Assembly: GCF_006345805.1 (NCBI RefSeq)
Contig: NC_043002.1
Location: 52,204,001-52,268,000 of the forward strand
Direction of reading: 5' to 3'
DNA length: 64,000 nt
From: Octopus sinensis
Taxonomy: Eukaryota
Shown in pieces: positions 41,332 through 55,082 of the stretch (positions are counted from its first letter, which is position 1; every line of letters begins with the position of its first letter). The notes below the pieces were generated by a model that saw nothing but the letters and a program-made list of their open reading frames with translations, was not told the DNA's origin and did no database searches. A program made the position numbers and the translations under genes.

Positions 41332-43088
41332 TGACTCTTTAGGTTTTGTGTCTAAATCAATTTTGCTTTTCTTCTTTCCGGGGGTAATAAAATACAATAC
41401 CAACCAAATACAAGGGTAAATTTAATCGACTTACGCTTCCTTTCAAATTTCAGGCCTTGTACCTATATTAGAAACAATTATTTTGGAGTCACTTTGGTGT
41501 TGTGGTTCACTTTTGACGCTTGGTGTAGATACGTGATATAGGCAATGCATTAGCAGAGCTCTTAGAACGTCGGGAAAAAAACTTCGAAGTTTTTCTTCCG
41601 ACACTTCACTTTCTCAGTTCAAATCCTTCGTCTTTGATAAAGTATTATGATTCAGTTTTCGCGACGATATATGTCCTCAGGTACCTCAATGCACTGGGTC
41701 CTATAATATTTATTCATTGACGGCAAGCCGCAACATACATAGATCAGAACTAGACTCCCCGATTTATGGAGTGCCCGGGGCAACTGCCCAGCGTGCCTAT
41801 GTTTTAAGATGGAACTTCTGGGATCGATGAGGGATCAGCATAAATTCAGGACTTGTATATATATTAGGAACAATTTGTATTTTTTGACCATCATTATCAA
41901 CAAACAACAATACATAATATGAATAAAATAAAATAAAATAACACAGACCAAAAATACAAAAGAAACAATAATGGCTTCTACTTAGTCGGAAGAATTTCTA
42001 GAAATAGCGACAAAATACCTCTTAAATCACTGTCTTAAAAAAAGTAGGAAATATTAGATAATGTATTGTTATATTTCGGGATAATTTTTTTTCTTGCACA
42101 CACACTATATATTTGTTCTTCACTCTTTTATTATTGTCCTTATTTTACCCTATGCTCATTGTCTGAAAATCTATCGTCACACACCTGTGACCTCTCCAGT
42201 AACTCTTCCATCCCACGTGTCTCCTCCTGTTCTATTCACACAATGGACATAAGATAAAGTAAGAACATTAATAAACGAGTGAAGAGCGAATATATTGTGC
42301 GTGTGTTTATTTGGAAATAAATAAATTATCATACCGAAATATAACTATCTGTTTCAACAGACGATTTCTCATCAGGAACCTTGCAAAACAAATTCATAAA
42401 CGTTAGATAATACACGTGCGCGCGCACACACACACACACACACTAGCACGCACACGCACACATACATACATATATGTATATGTGTGGCATACGTATAAGC
42501 ATATATATGCATGTACGTATATGTATGTATATATCTATGTGCGCATGTATGTACATAAACACAATTGCGTGTATATATGTGTGTATTTATATGTATATGT
42601 GTGTTTACGTTTATACATACATACAAACAGTAGGTAGAAACTTCGAAGTCACTATCAACAGCATTCTTGTATAAGAATAATAAATTTCTATTTGACAAAA
42701 CTACAGAGTGACCCTTCAGATTAATGTAAAATTGTTTTTACTATAAGTGAACATACCGCTACGTTCTGAGTTCAAATTCCGTTGAGGTCGACTTTGCTTT
42801 TCACCTTTTCAGGGTCGATAAATTAAGTACCAGTTGCGTACTAGGGTCGATGTAATCGACTGGCCCCTTTCCTAAATTTCAGGCCTTGTACCTAGATTAG
42901 AAAGGGTTATAAGTGAACATGAAAACAAAATAGGCGTGGTTGTGTGTTATAAATCTTGCTTCCCAACCACATGGTTCGGGGTTCAGTCCCACTGAGAGGC
43001 ACCTTGGGCAAGTGTCTTCTACTACAGCCTGGGACCAACAAAAGCTTTGTGAGTGTATTTGGTAGACGTAAAGTGGAAGAAGCCCGTC

Positions 43089-43124
<36 letters not shown>

Positions 43125-43542
43125 TTTTATTTGTTTCAGTCATCGCCTTTTGTCGACCCCAGGACTTATTTTGTAAGCCTAGTACTTATTCTATCGGTCT
43201 CTTTTGCCGAACCGCTATTTACGGGGACGTAAACACATCATCATCGGTTGTCAAGCGAGGTAGGGGAGAGGCACAGACACAAACACAAATACACAAATAT
43301 ATATATATATATGTATGTATACGATGGGCTTCTTTCAGTTTCCGTCTACCAAATCCACTCACAAGGCTTTGGTTTGCCCGAGGCTATAGTAGAAGACACT
43401 TGCTCGGAACCATGTGGTTGGGATGCAAGCTTCTTACCGCCAATACATATATATATGTGCGTGTGTGTGTGTGTCTTTGCCGAGCAGCTAAGTCACGGGG
43501 ACGCAAACACACCAACACCGGTCGTCAAGCACATATGGGGTG

Positions 43543-43601
<59 letters not shown>

Positions 43602-44108
43602 CACATGTATATATACGACGGTCTTTCAGTTTCCGTCTATCAAATCCACTCAGAAGAAGGCTTTGGTCGGTCCGAGGCTACAGCAGAAGACTCTTGCGCA
43701 AGGTCCCACGAAGTGGGACTGAACCTTGAATCACATGCTTGAAAAGTTAGCTTCTTACCACACAGCTACATGCACACACACACACACACATGTATACCTC
43801 ACTGAAACGACATTAGTTATAGATTTAGTTTACACGGCCATCGCTGTTTTTAACAACAGCAATAAGAGCGACATCCACTATAACAAACAAACATCAAAAA
43901 AAAAAAAAAAAAAGAACAGCTTGATGATTTCAAGAGGCGCGAAAAGTGAGACAGAAATACAAACATAACAACAACAGCAGTAGCAGCAACAGCAACAACA
44001 AGAACAAGATCAACCACAACAAACAATATTAACTGTAATACTAATAAGCAAGCTCATTATCATTAACAATAGCAGCAGCAGCAGTAGGATCGTCATCATC
44101 ATCATCAC

Positions 44109-44341
44109 GGTACTACTTAAGAAGAGTGGTCCCGGTGCGCGCACTCGGCGTACTCGTGCACTCGCGCTAGCTAGTCGTGACTAGTCGATCCTTACTTTGT
44201 GTTTTTGTGTTTTATTTACTTTGTGTAAAAAAATTATTTATTTTGTGTTTTATTTACTTTGCTAGGTGGTCGTTGTAGGATCGACTAGCTAGCGCGGATG
44301 CGCGAATGCGCGCACCGGGACCACTCTTCTTAAGTAGTACC
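44109..44341. mobile_element. 233-bp MITE, perfect 35-bp TIRs, 9-bp TSD (Merlin- or Mutator-like)
   Basis: TIR GGTACTACTTAAGAAGAGTGGTCCCGGTGCGCGCA matches at 35/35. TSD CATCATCAC at 44100-44108 and 44342-44350. Confidence 0.9.
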
Positions 44342-44474
44342 CATCATCACTATCACCATCATCATAATCATCATTTTCGTCGTCGTCGTCTGTAACAACA
44401 ATAACAATCGCAAAGAGCTAAGTGGAAGTGGAATAACATCGGAATGGCGGCAAAAAGGAAAAGAAAGAAAGGAA

Positions 44475-44477
<3 letters not shown>

Positions 44478-44556
<79 letters not shown>
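44478..44556. repeat. (GA)n microsatellite
   Basis: Direct inspection. (TATC)n tracts also occur at ~629-718, 23710-23797 and 58030-58085. Confidence 0.95.
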
Positions 44557-44561
<5 letters not shown>

Positions 44562-44989
44562 GCTTGCAAAACGGCCGAACTATTTGACAAGTGCCTGTAG
44601 ATGGTTGCTCTATATGCTAGAAACAGCAGTCAAACTTCACTAAAAAAAAATCACATCCCACTCTTAAATAAGAACACATAGAGAGAACGTAAATATCACA
44701 GTGTTGTGGGCCTTAGATTCTCAGCAAGCGAAGCCTGTAAAGGCAGGGTCCCGCCAGCAACATCGGTTTCTGAGTCCCTTGATTAATTATCTGCCGAGCC
44801 TATCTCTCTAAACTTAACTAATTAACTAACTAAATAAATAAATGAAATAAATGAATAAATAAATAAATAGATAAATAAATCTTACACTTTGCCTGAACTT
44901 TCGGAGGACACCATCCCTTTCCGGACCTGCAAATTTCTAATTTCCCTCGGATGTCCCGTATCCAGAGAGAGGGAAAGAGAGAGAGAGGT

Positions 44990-45032
<43 letters not shown>

Positions 45033-45436
45033 GAGAGAGAGAGACAGAGAGAGACAGAGAGAGAGAGAGAAATGACAGGGTGGTTTCGGCTGGAATAACT
45101 TTTTCATAGTTAATTCTGCTCGATTAAGGGTCTTCGTAGTGGCTAAGAAAATAACAAACAAAAAACAAAAAAAACAAAAACGAACAAACAAAAAAAATCA
45201 GCAAACAGGAATATAGTCGCAAAACGAGAATTAACAAACAGCAATAACAACCCCACGAAGAAAGAGAGGAGAAATATTCGTTTAAGACAGTACAAGTGCA
45301 TCGTCATCATCGTTATCGTCAGCATCATCGACGTCGTCGTCGTCGTCGTCGTCTTCATTAATATCATCATCATCATCATCATCATCGTCATCATCATTGT
45401 CGTTGTCGTTGCGGTCATCGTTTCTTTTTTCACTAA

Positions 45437-45822
45437 GGCGCAGGAGTGGCTGTGGTGGTAAGTAGCTTGCTTCCCAACCACATGGTTCCGGGTTCAGTCC
45501 CACTGCGTGGCACCTAGGGCAAGCGTCTTCTACTATAGCCTCGGGCCGACCAAAGCCTCGTGAGTGGATTTGGTAGACAGAAACTGAAAGAAACCCGTCG
45601 TATATATATATATATGTATATGTATGTTTGTGTGTCTGTGTTTGTCCCCCCATCATCGCTTGATAACCGATGCTAGTGTGTTTACATCCCCGTAACTTAG
45701 CGGTTCGGCAAAAGTGACTAGGCTTACAAAGAATAAGTTCTAGGGTCGATGTACTCGACTAAAGGCGGTGCTCCAGCATGGCTGCAGTCAAATGACTGAA
45801 ACAAGTAAAAGAGTAAAAGAGT
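45437..45822 (+). mobile_element. SINE family A
   Basis: Full-length copy. Confidence 0.88.
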
Positions 45823-45839
45823 AAGGTGTCGGTGGTGTG

Positions 45840-45871
<32 letters not shown>

Positions 45872-46224
45872 GGTGATGATGGCGATTGCGCCCCGGGTTA
45901 GCCGTAGCCGGAGAAGCAGCAGCAGCAGCAGCGACAGCAGCAAGACCACATGTCACAAGAACAGCAGCAACATCAACAACAGCAGCAGCAGTCATCATTA
46001 ACTTTCCGAAAGTGACAGCAACAGCAACTGCAGCAGTAAATAACAGGTACTGACAACAATATCACAGCAGCAGCAGCGCTAACAGCAGTAACAACAATAT
46101 CAGCTGGACAGCAGCACTAGCACCAGCAGCAGCAATATCAGCGGCGATATCAGCAGGAATATATCTCAGCATCACCAGCCAGCAGCAATATCAGCAACAT
46201 TAACAGTGACTGCATCTTCGTCAT

Positions 46225-46255
<31 letters not shown>

Positions 46256-46500
46256 AGCAACAGCAGCATCAATTTAAAATACATCAGCAGGAACCCAACA
46301 GTAACAACAGCTGTAGCGAAAAGAAACATCATCATTATCATCACCATCATCGTCATCATCATTGACATGAGTATATCCGGCATCAGCATTGACAAATATA
46401 TATCCGACATTAAACTATATATCAGCAGGAACAACCAGCAACGACAGCAGCAGCAACAACAACAGCAGCAACGAGAGCAGCAGCAGCAGCAGCAAAACTA
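45823..46500. repeat. Compound (CAG/CAA/CAT)n low-complexity block
   Basis: Interspersed trinucleotide runs with stops in all plus frames inspected. Confidence 0.8.
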
Positions 46501-46973
46501 ACAGAAAAACAACTGCTATAGCTACGGACAAAGATTAGTTTTTGAGATTCTTCTGCTTAGATCTGACGGGACTGCCCCTACACTGTCGCTTTCCGATGAC
46601 AACTTGCATCTTTGTGTAAACTATACACATTTTGTCGTGCAACAAGCTCTGCATCTATATAGCAAAACTGTACAATTCGATGCGCATATCAGAACTCAGA
46701 AACAGGCCTTAAACAAATTTGTTTTTTTTTTGTTTTATTATCATTCGCGGTACATACACCTTTCTTCCTAACTAATTAATTTTCCATTTGTATCCTCTCT
46801 CTCTCTATCTGTCTGTCCGTCTGTCTCTCTCTTTCTCTGTTTCGTCGCTGATTTTTTTTCGGTATTTTTGTGCATATTAACTTTTAATTTTTGTATTTGT
46901 TTCTGTCTCCTCACCCCTTATTTTAACTGTTGTTACCCTATACCATATAATACTACATTATATTATATTATAT

Positions 46974-47032
<59 letters not shown>

Positions 47033-47375
47033 ACACACATACCTGCGTATATATACATACATACATGCCCACACAGATGAATTCAAAATAAGACTAACTT
47101 TTAAAATTTTGACTTTCGCCGCTAAATTTTAACCCCACCCACTGTCTTTTTTTCCTTATTTTTATTCTCCAATATTCTTCAAATATCTCTCAATATTTTA
47201 TATTATTTTATATTCTAAGTCAAGAATTATACCAGTCATCACCATTAATATATATATCTTTAATAATAATATTAATAATAATAACAACATAAATATTACT
47301 ATGATAAGTTTGTCATTGACTACATTCTTCGATTAATTAATTTTGCTAAGTTATTTTTTTACCATTGTCAAGACT

Positions 47376-47407
<32 letters not shown>

Positions 47408-47887
47408 CATTATTAGATATTCATGATATTTTGATTTTGATACTGTTATTATTTGATATGTTATAAATATTAGTTTTAAAAAAATAGCACAATAAGTGAA
47501 TCATTCGTGCACTTTCCCCCCTCTCCTTGCTTTCACTCTCTCTCTCTCTTGGTTAAATGTGTGGCCATCGTATCCCCTTATTGAATTTAAAACGGCCCCA
47601 AACTGAGTTAATTTAAAAACAAAGCAATTAAGGAGCATAAAAGGAGCTTAAAAGAAATTATTATTTAAACTAACAATTATAATTTTTTTTCTTATAATTT
47701 TTTTTTTCAATTTCATTTTAAAAATAACTTGTTACCTCCATCGTTATTCTTGTTATTGTTGTTGTTATTAGTAGTGGTGGTACTGGTGGTGGTGTTGGTA
47801 CGTTTCGTTGTTGTTTGTAGTTCGTGTTCTTAAAGTATCTGTCTTTTGAAAAACAACCCGTTCCTCCTCATCCCACTCCTTCACCTA

Positions 47888-48177
<290 letters not shown>

Positions 48178-48781
48178 AAATCTATTAATTCATTATCTTT
48201 TTCGTTTTACTTATTAACAACAAAATTATTAAAAAAAAAAAAAAAAAAAAAAACAAGACAAAAAATACAACTTACTCTAACTGCTGTTTCTTTTTTTAAA
48301 TTCTTTTTCTGTTTTTACTGTTCTTACTGTTTTCTAGTCTTACTATTTCCTCTTCCTCTTTCATCATCTCTTTCTCCTGCTTCTTCTTCGTCCTTATTAT
48401 CGTGGTCGTCATCGTCATTTTCATTGAGATCATACTCTTCCGAGTCAAAAAAAAAAAAGAGAAAAAGAAAAGGGACTACCAGTAATATACGGCTAAATCG
48501 ATTCCAACTGCTACAACTTTCCCCAGTCCCCTCGTAAATCTGGTGGGGCCGACTTTGTACTGTTGATAGTAATAGTTGTCATTATTATTCCGGCGAGCTG
48601 GGGGGGGGATCGTTAACACGCCAGGCAAAATGCTTAGCGGTATTTCGTCCATCTTTACGTTCTGAGTTCAAATTCCGCCGAGGTCGACTTTACCTTTCGT
48701 CCTTTCGGGGTTGATAAACTGGTGTCGATGTAATCGATTTATCCCCCCCTCCAAATTGTAGGCCTTGTGCCTATAATGTTG

Positions 48782-49080
48782 TTTGTTCCTTCTTGAGCCA
48801 TGCCTTGCTCATAAGGGCCTGTTTCCCGGTTTCATTGGCGTATATGTTCCTCACCTGGACGGGAAGCCGGTCCGTCGTAGGTGAGCTGCAAGATGCAGGA
48901 GGAAAGAGTGAGAGAAAGTTGTGTCGAAAGAGTCAGCAGAAGTTCGCCATTACCTTCTGCCGGAGCCGCGTGGAACTTAGGTGTTTCGCTCATAAACACA
49001 CACATCGCCCGGTCTGAGATTCGAACCCGCGATCCCTCGACCGCGAATCCGCTGCTCTAACCAATAGGCCACGTGCCTCC
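48782..49080 (-). mobile_element. tRNA-derived SINE: family D head and body with a different 3' tail
   Basis: Head and body match 20379-20560. The tail ccgtccaggtgaggaac...gagcaaggcatggctcaagaaggaac matches 54215-54317. Confidence 0.8.
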
Positions 49081-50705
49081 ACTGTGCCTATAATAGAAAG
49101 AATTATTATACTAGTCCTATTGCTAGAGTATCGGACAAAAAATGTCCCGTGGTATTTACTTTCTGAGTTCAAATCCTGCCGAGATCAAATTTGCTTTTCA
49201 TCCCCCTGAATTCGATAAAATGAATTACAAGTTGAGCACGGGGATTGAAGATATTATCTAAACCCTTCCTTGAAATTTAAATTTGCTTTCGTTAGAGGGC
49301 AGTGAATTGGTAGAAAACGGTGACGTACGGGGCCGGACAAAACGCTTGTATTGATGCCGGAGTCATAATTTGAACAGAATTGAAACAAGGTGCTCAGATT
49401 TCAAACCGATCCACAATACTTGAATAGTACTTTATTTTATCGACCCCAGAACCATAGAAGGATAAAACGTAAAGTTGACTTCGTCAGAATTTGAAATAAG
49501 GATGCAAAAAAAAACAAAAAAAAAAAAACAAAAAAACAAACAAACCCGGAGCACCTTTTGTTTTAACGATTATTTCTAAGATATGTGCAATGCAACGTTT
49601 TCTTTTTGCGTGGGTAAGTAGTTAGCTGTTACTTTAGTTCATCGACCGCAGAAAAATGATCCTTCCATATCCACTATCTGTATGTAGCAAGCAAGCTCTC
49701 TTTTACACGGCTTCCATTATCAGCTCCTGGCATTGGTATTACCTTATTTCTGCTGTACTTGTCAAGCCCTAGGCATCCTTGATAGACTACCCAGCAATCT
49801 TCACAACTTCCGGGAATTTCACTTCCTGTCGTCTTTGTAGTTTAGTTGGCGTTGTTCTGAGTTATTCTGGGTTCGAATTTCACTGAGTATTTAAGCTCAG
49901 AATGTGAAAGAGCCTGTATAAACGCCTCAAAGCATTTTGTCCATCGCCTTAACGGTTCTTTCAATCTAGTAACCCGGAAGGATAAAAAATGTGGTTGACC
50001 TCGGCAGGATTTGAAATTAGCATGCTAAAAACTGAAATAGAATCGCAAAGAGTTTAGTTCGAAGATCTAACAGTTCCGGCCTATCATTGTATCTGATTTC
50101 TTTTCAATGCTTCATTCACTGCACTGCGGCCATGCTGGGGCACCACTTTGAAGGGTTTAGTCGAACAAATCGACCCTAGTACTTATTTTTCAAAACCCTG
50201 GTATTTATTCTATCTGTGTTTTTTGTCGCAGCACTAAGTTACGGGATGTAAACAAAATAACACCGGTTTTTAAGTAGGGGAGCGGATATACGCAAATACA
50301 AAGATACACACACGCACGCACAAATATACACACATACATGTATACGATGGATTTTCGTACAGTTTCTGACGACCAAATTCATTCAGGAGGCATTTATCGG
50401 CTTTGGCCATAGTAGAAAACACTCGCTCAACGTGCCGTACAGTGAGACTGAGTCCAAAGCCACGTGGTTGTAAAGCGAGCCATACCCAAGTTAGGAGCCA
50501 ATCTTACAGTAGAGGACTAACCATTAGTATTTAAACCAGCCATATCCAGCCCTAATATTCTTATTCTTTTACGTTCAAGCTAGCCAGGTCTGGCCTCGTA
50601 CACCTACCGTACAATGTCATACCTAAAGTAAAGAGTCACATCATTGAAATCTCAAAGCTACAAAACAGTACATGAGTAATTCAAAATAATGTGAATATAT
50701 GACTT

Positions 50706-50973
50706 TAAAGAATGTAGTAGTATAAAGCCGGAACAATGGCAGAAGGTACAAAGTAACCTACAAAATGGAAAGAAAACAGAACAAGACCTCTTCTTCAGGA
50801 CATTCTGAAAAGCGGTGGTTGGAAAACTTTTTCCAAACACCGCTTTCCCGAATGTCCTGAAGAAGGAGTCTTCACCCCGAAATATAGAATTACAAAGCTG
50901 GGTTCTTTTTTTTCATTTTGTAGTTTACTTTGACTTCCTGCATTGTTTCGGCTTTACACAACTACATTCTTTA
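50706..50973. repeat. Palindrome centred near 50826 with a hammerhead-like motif in the right arm
   Basis: ttcttcaggacattc..aaagcggtg.ttggaaa is mirrored. CTGAAGAAGGAG...CCCCGAAATATA lies at 50857-50886. Confidence 0.8.
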
Positions 50974-51194
50974 AGATTACACCTCACAATGTTTCACAAA
51001 AATACCTCATCTAAAGATATAAGCATTACATTTGATAGAGTAATCTGAATGCTAAAGGGTTAAATCAACACCCCTGCCCATATACTACAGACGTACTCCC
51101 CACCCATCCTCTCTCTCTCTCTACCTTCTCCGCTGCTACTATAGCACTCTCTGTCCCTCACAACTCGTTGGTCTCGTATCACATTCACTTAGAC

Positions 51195-51462
51195 CAGTGA
51201 TGATTCTCAACCATTTTTTTACCTTTAGACCCCCTTTTGATTTCTGTTTTACTCGTGTTGACCTCACTAGCCGTTCGATGTTTAAAAAATGCTAGTATAT
51301 TGCTATAATTAAATATTATAAGAAATTATATTAAAAAAAAAATGAAAGTATATTGTATATTGTAGAAGTATAAACAATTTATTGCATACAAATTTTAACA
51401 ATGTAATCTTATGTAGACCCCCTCCCATCAAGTGTCATGTGGACCCTGGTTGAGAACCACTG
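51195..51462. mobile_element. hAT MITE with perfect 8-bp TSD
   Basis: Ends CAGTG(atg)ATTCTCAACC / GGTTGAGAACCACTG. TSD ACTTAGAC on both sides. Confidence 0.88.
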
Positions 51463-54038
51463 ACTTAGACACGCCCGGCTCCCTCGCCTCCCCTCATCTC
51501 GTCAACCTTATCATATGTCAACCTTATCATGTCCATCCTCTCCTTCAAACCCTACCTTACACGCAATCTTTTCTCCACAGAAAATTGGTTCTGTGGAGTT
51601 CTTTCCCTGTACATGCATTTTTGTTCTTCAGCCATTGAGTTCCAACTTTTCAAGAGATACGTTGACGGCATCATTCACATCGGTCTCAAGACCTGCGAGG
51701 GCCATGGGCTCAGCCGTCTTCCTCAAGATCAAAATAATTGTAAAAAAAAAAAAAAAAAGAAATGTATCCGGTACTTACTTTATCAATCCTGAAAAGGCGA
51801 AAGACAAATCCGTTCTCGGCGGGTTTTGAACACATATTGTAATGGAACGTAACTATACACGTACATCATAAGGCACTCAGTTCTAGCCTCTGTTGTTTAT
51901 ACAATCCACTTCCTCGTTGTGCTGCCTTTTGCTTTGCTTTGTTTTGTTTTGTTTTACTAAGGATTTCTAATTTAATAAAACGGCTAGTGGAGATAGGGGT
52001 TAGTCAATGACATCGATTCATGTACTTGCCTTGTACTGTATTTTATCGACCTCACTAGAATGAAAACAGAGTTGATATCGGTAGGATTAAGATTCAGGAA
52101 GTGAATAATCGGAATAAAATATCACAAAGCAATTTTTCCGAGGCTCAAACGATTCTGTCAAAATCACCTTAGTTTTATTTTGTTTTTAATAATTCTTTCT
52201 ACAATAGGTACAAGGCTAGACATTTTGGGAGAGGGGATAGCCGATTGCCTTGACCCCAATGCTCAATTAGTACTTGTTTTAGCGATCTTAAAAAAAGAAA
52301 AAAAACTAAAGGTAAAGTTGATATCGCAAGAATTTGAACTTAGAACGTAAAGACGAACGAAATGCCGTAAAAAACATTTCGTCCGGCGAGCTAACGATTC
52401 CGCCAGCTCACCGCCTTATATTTTGTTTTTAATAATGGCAGGGGAATATAAGGTGGCGAGCTGGCAGAATCGTTATCACGCCGGGGGTAAAATGCTTAGC
52501 GGCATTTCGTCCATCTTTACGTTCTGAGTTTAGATTCCACCAAGGTCAACTTTACATTTCATAATTTTGGGACCGATGAAAAAAATACCAGTTAAGCACG
52601 GGTCGAGGTAATCGATTTACTCTGCTTCCCCGAAATTGCTGGCCTTGTGCCAACATTTGAAACCAATAATGACAGGAGTAATCGTGGTCATGTGCTTATG
52701 TAGTACAATATTGCAAAGTTCCAGTATAAGGATTTCGCAAATTTGTGTTTACTGTACCGATCTACCTGCCCGACATCTTGCGCCAGTGTATAATACAATA
52801 ATCTGGAGATCAACCCAAGACTTGTCAGTGAAATTAGGTTTTCAGAAACTGTGTGGATCTTCTTTGGGTGAACCGTATCTGTTCCAGGGAGGTGGAGCTA
52901 ATCCGACATCCCGTTTTAGTACCACCACTTGGCCCTTTGTTAACTTTAGCGGCATCCACGCACCCAGACGAGGTATTGTGCTTGATAATAAACTCGATAA
53001 CTTAATGCACTGTTCCCTACCATAGCAACCCCATTAATAATCTTTTCTACAGCTCTCTTCCCCTCGCCTGTACTGGAGTCACAGTAAAATTGTAATGGAC
53101 GCTGTCCTTCTCTCCTTGATTAAACCATATCTATAGATAGTATAAAACTCGTAGTAAAAGATAATTCTATTTTGTTGTTGTGATGCAGTCCCAAATGAGT
53201 TTGAAACGTATAAAATCGTTTTTTTTACTGGCTTGATTAGGAGAGAAAGGAAAGCATATGATCCTTTCTAAAAGCCTTCAAAACTGGTGAAAGGAAAAGT
53301 GACAGTTATCCTCAGACTGTAGATAGTATCTAAATGCTCACAACAAAGTGGGCTTAGCTAAAGGCATCCAAGGGTCAGCTGGTGATGCTAAACCTAGCAA
53401 TGGATTAAATTTAACACTTGATAATTGAACGAGTCGTTAAGAAGTTCGCTTCATTATCGAGAGATCCCTGTTTCAATCCAATTGCACAACATCTTGAGTG
53501 GGGTGTGCACCCAAGCCTTAAAAGTGAAATTGGGTACTGAGAAATGTAGAAGCTCCTCTGGTAGATTGTACTTGTTTCTCAAAGGGCGCACATATTTATG
53601 TAACGTTCATTTTCCTGAGAATTAAGCTGAAAGGGTGATAGTCTTTGGAATAAAGAATCAATTATACGATAATTCAATGAGCACGTAGCTCAGTCGGAAA
53701 CTAGGATATTTATCGTCAAAACCGACTGAGATACATTTACTAACCTTAAATGCGGAAGCAGTTGATTGATCGACTGTGAGGCGCAAAGATAGAATTTGTG
53801 GACATTGAATCAACGTGATTTTGTTTAACACTTATGTTTATCATTATACACCCACGCGTGCGCATGCACGTACTCACGCACATTCACAAGAGTACACATA
53901 CGCACACACATACATATACATACATATATACATACATATATATAAATATATATATATATATATGCATGTGTGTGTACGTATTGTTACCTGCCGTTGCTTA
54001 TTGTAGCAGTTCATTCAGGTGTTTGTCAAATACATGTA

Positions 54039-54072
<34 letters not shown>

Positions 54073-54073
<1 letters not shown>

Positions 54074-54317
54074 GCGCGTGGCTTAGTGGTTATGGTGCTG
54101 GATTAAAAGTCGTAAGATGGTAGTTTCGATTCCTGGACCGGGCGATGCGTTGTGTTCTTGAGCAAAACACTTCATTTCACGTTGCTCCAGTTCACTCAGC
54201 TGGCAAAAATAAGTGCCAGTTAAGCACAGGTCGAGGTCCCGTCCAGGTGGGGAATTTATACGCCAGTGAAACCGGGAAACCGGCCCTTATGAGCTTGGCA
54301 TGGCTTGAGAAGGAAAC
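54073..54317 (+). mobile_element. Chimeric SINE: family C head plus the tail seen at 48782
   Basis: 5' half matches 21994-22125; 3' half matches the reverse complement of 48782-48870. Confidence 0.7.
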
Positions 54318-54328
54318 ATGTATATATA

Positions 54329-54368
<40 letters not shown>

Positions 54369-54456
54369 AGGGTGAAATTAATTAATTTGGAATAATCATT
54401 AATTTCACCAAGTAGAGTTCGGCATGTAAAAGCCCCATTCAAGGAAGGTATAAGTA

Positions 54457-54720
54457 ATACTAAGTAATTAAGGTTTAGCAACGATTTGCCTCACCACACA
54501 AAGAATTTAGAAATAGCAGTCAAAGAGTTTTGGCTATTCTTTCTACTTAAAAGGGAGATCCCAGTAAAACCACAGCATTTAAAAGGCTGTTTGCCTTTTA
54601 AGTGCTGTGCTTTTACTGGAATCTCCCTTTTAAGTAGAAAGAATAGCCAAAACTCTTTGACTGCTATTTCTAAATTCGGTGTGTGGTGAGGCAATTCGTT
54701 GCTAAACCCTTAATTACTTA

Positions 54721-54724
<4 letters not shown>
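54457..54724. repeat. Near-perfect 268-bp palindrome, 5-nt loop at 54588-54592
   Basis: The + and - ORFs 54486-54689 and 54491-54694 translate almost identically. A partial family copy lies at ~24295-24470. Confidence 0.93.
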
Positions 54725-54806
<82 letters not shown>

Positions 54807-54950
54807 GTGTGTGTGTGTGTGTGTGTGTGTGTGCCAGTTAAGCACGGGTCGAGGTCCCGTCCAGGTGGGGAATTTATATATATATATAATATACATACAT
54901 GTTTATATATATATATATATATACATACATGTTTATATATATACATACAT

Positions 54951-54994
<44 letters not shown>

Positions 54995-55015
54995 TATATA
55001 TACATGTTTATATAT

Positions 55016-55082
<67 letters not shown>

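Noticed and set aside
42956-43729. Longest ORF in the track (257 aa)
   Set aside because: It is a mosaic of SINE family A fragments and microsatellites with no protein-like domain.
49715-49800. Possible second SLC6 exon (LVLPYF)
   Set aside because: It lacks the expected GAFLxPY...GGxPLFxxELxLGQ sequence. No exon 2 was found in the window.
52680-53110. Possible degraded R4-type LINE fragment on the minus strand (GCKM.A...AKSLYW)
   Set aside because: It requires several assumed frameshifts and is too degenerate to call without a search.
54680-54712. Hammerhead-like TGGTGAGGCAA..TTGCTAAAC in the palindrome family
   Set aside because: All three copies seen lack C3, A6 and G12, so a catalytic core is not supported.
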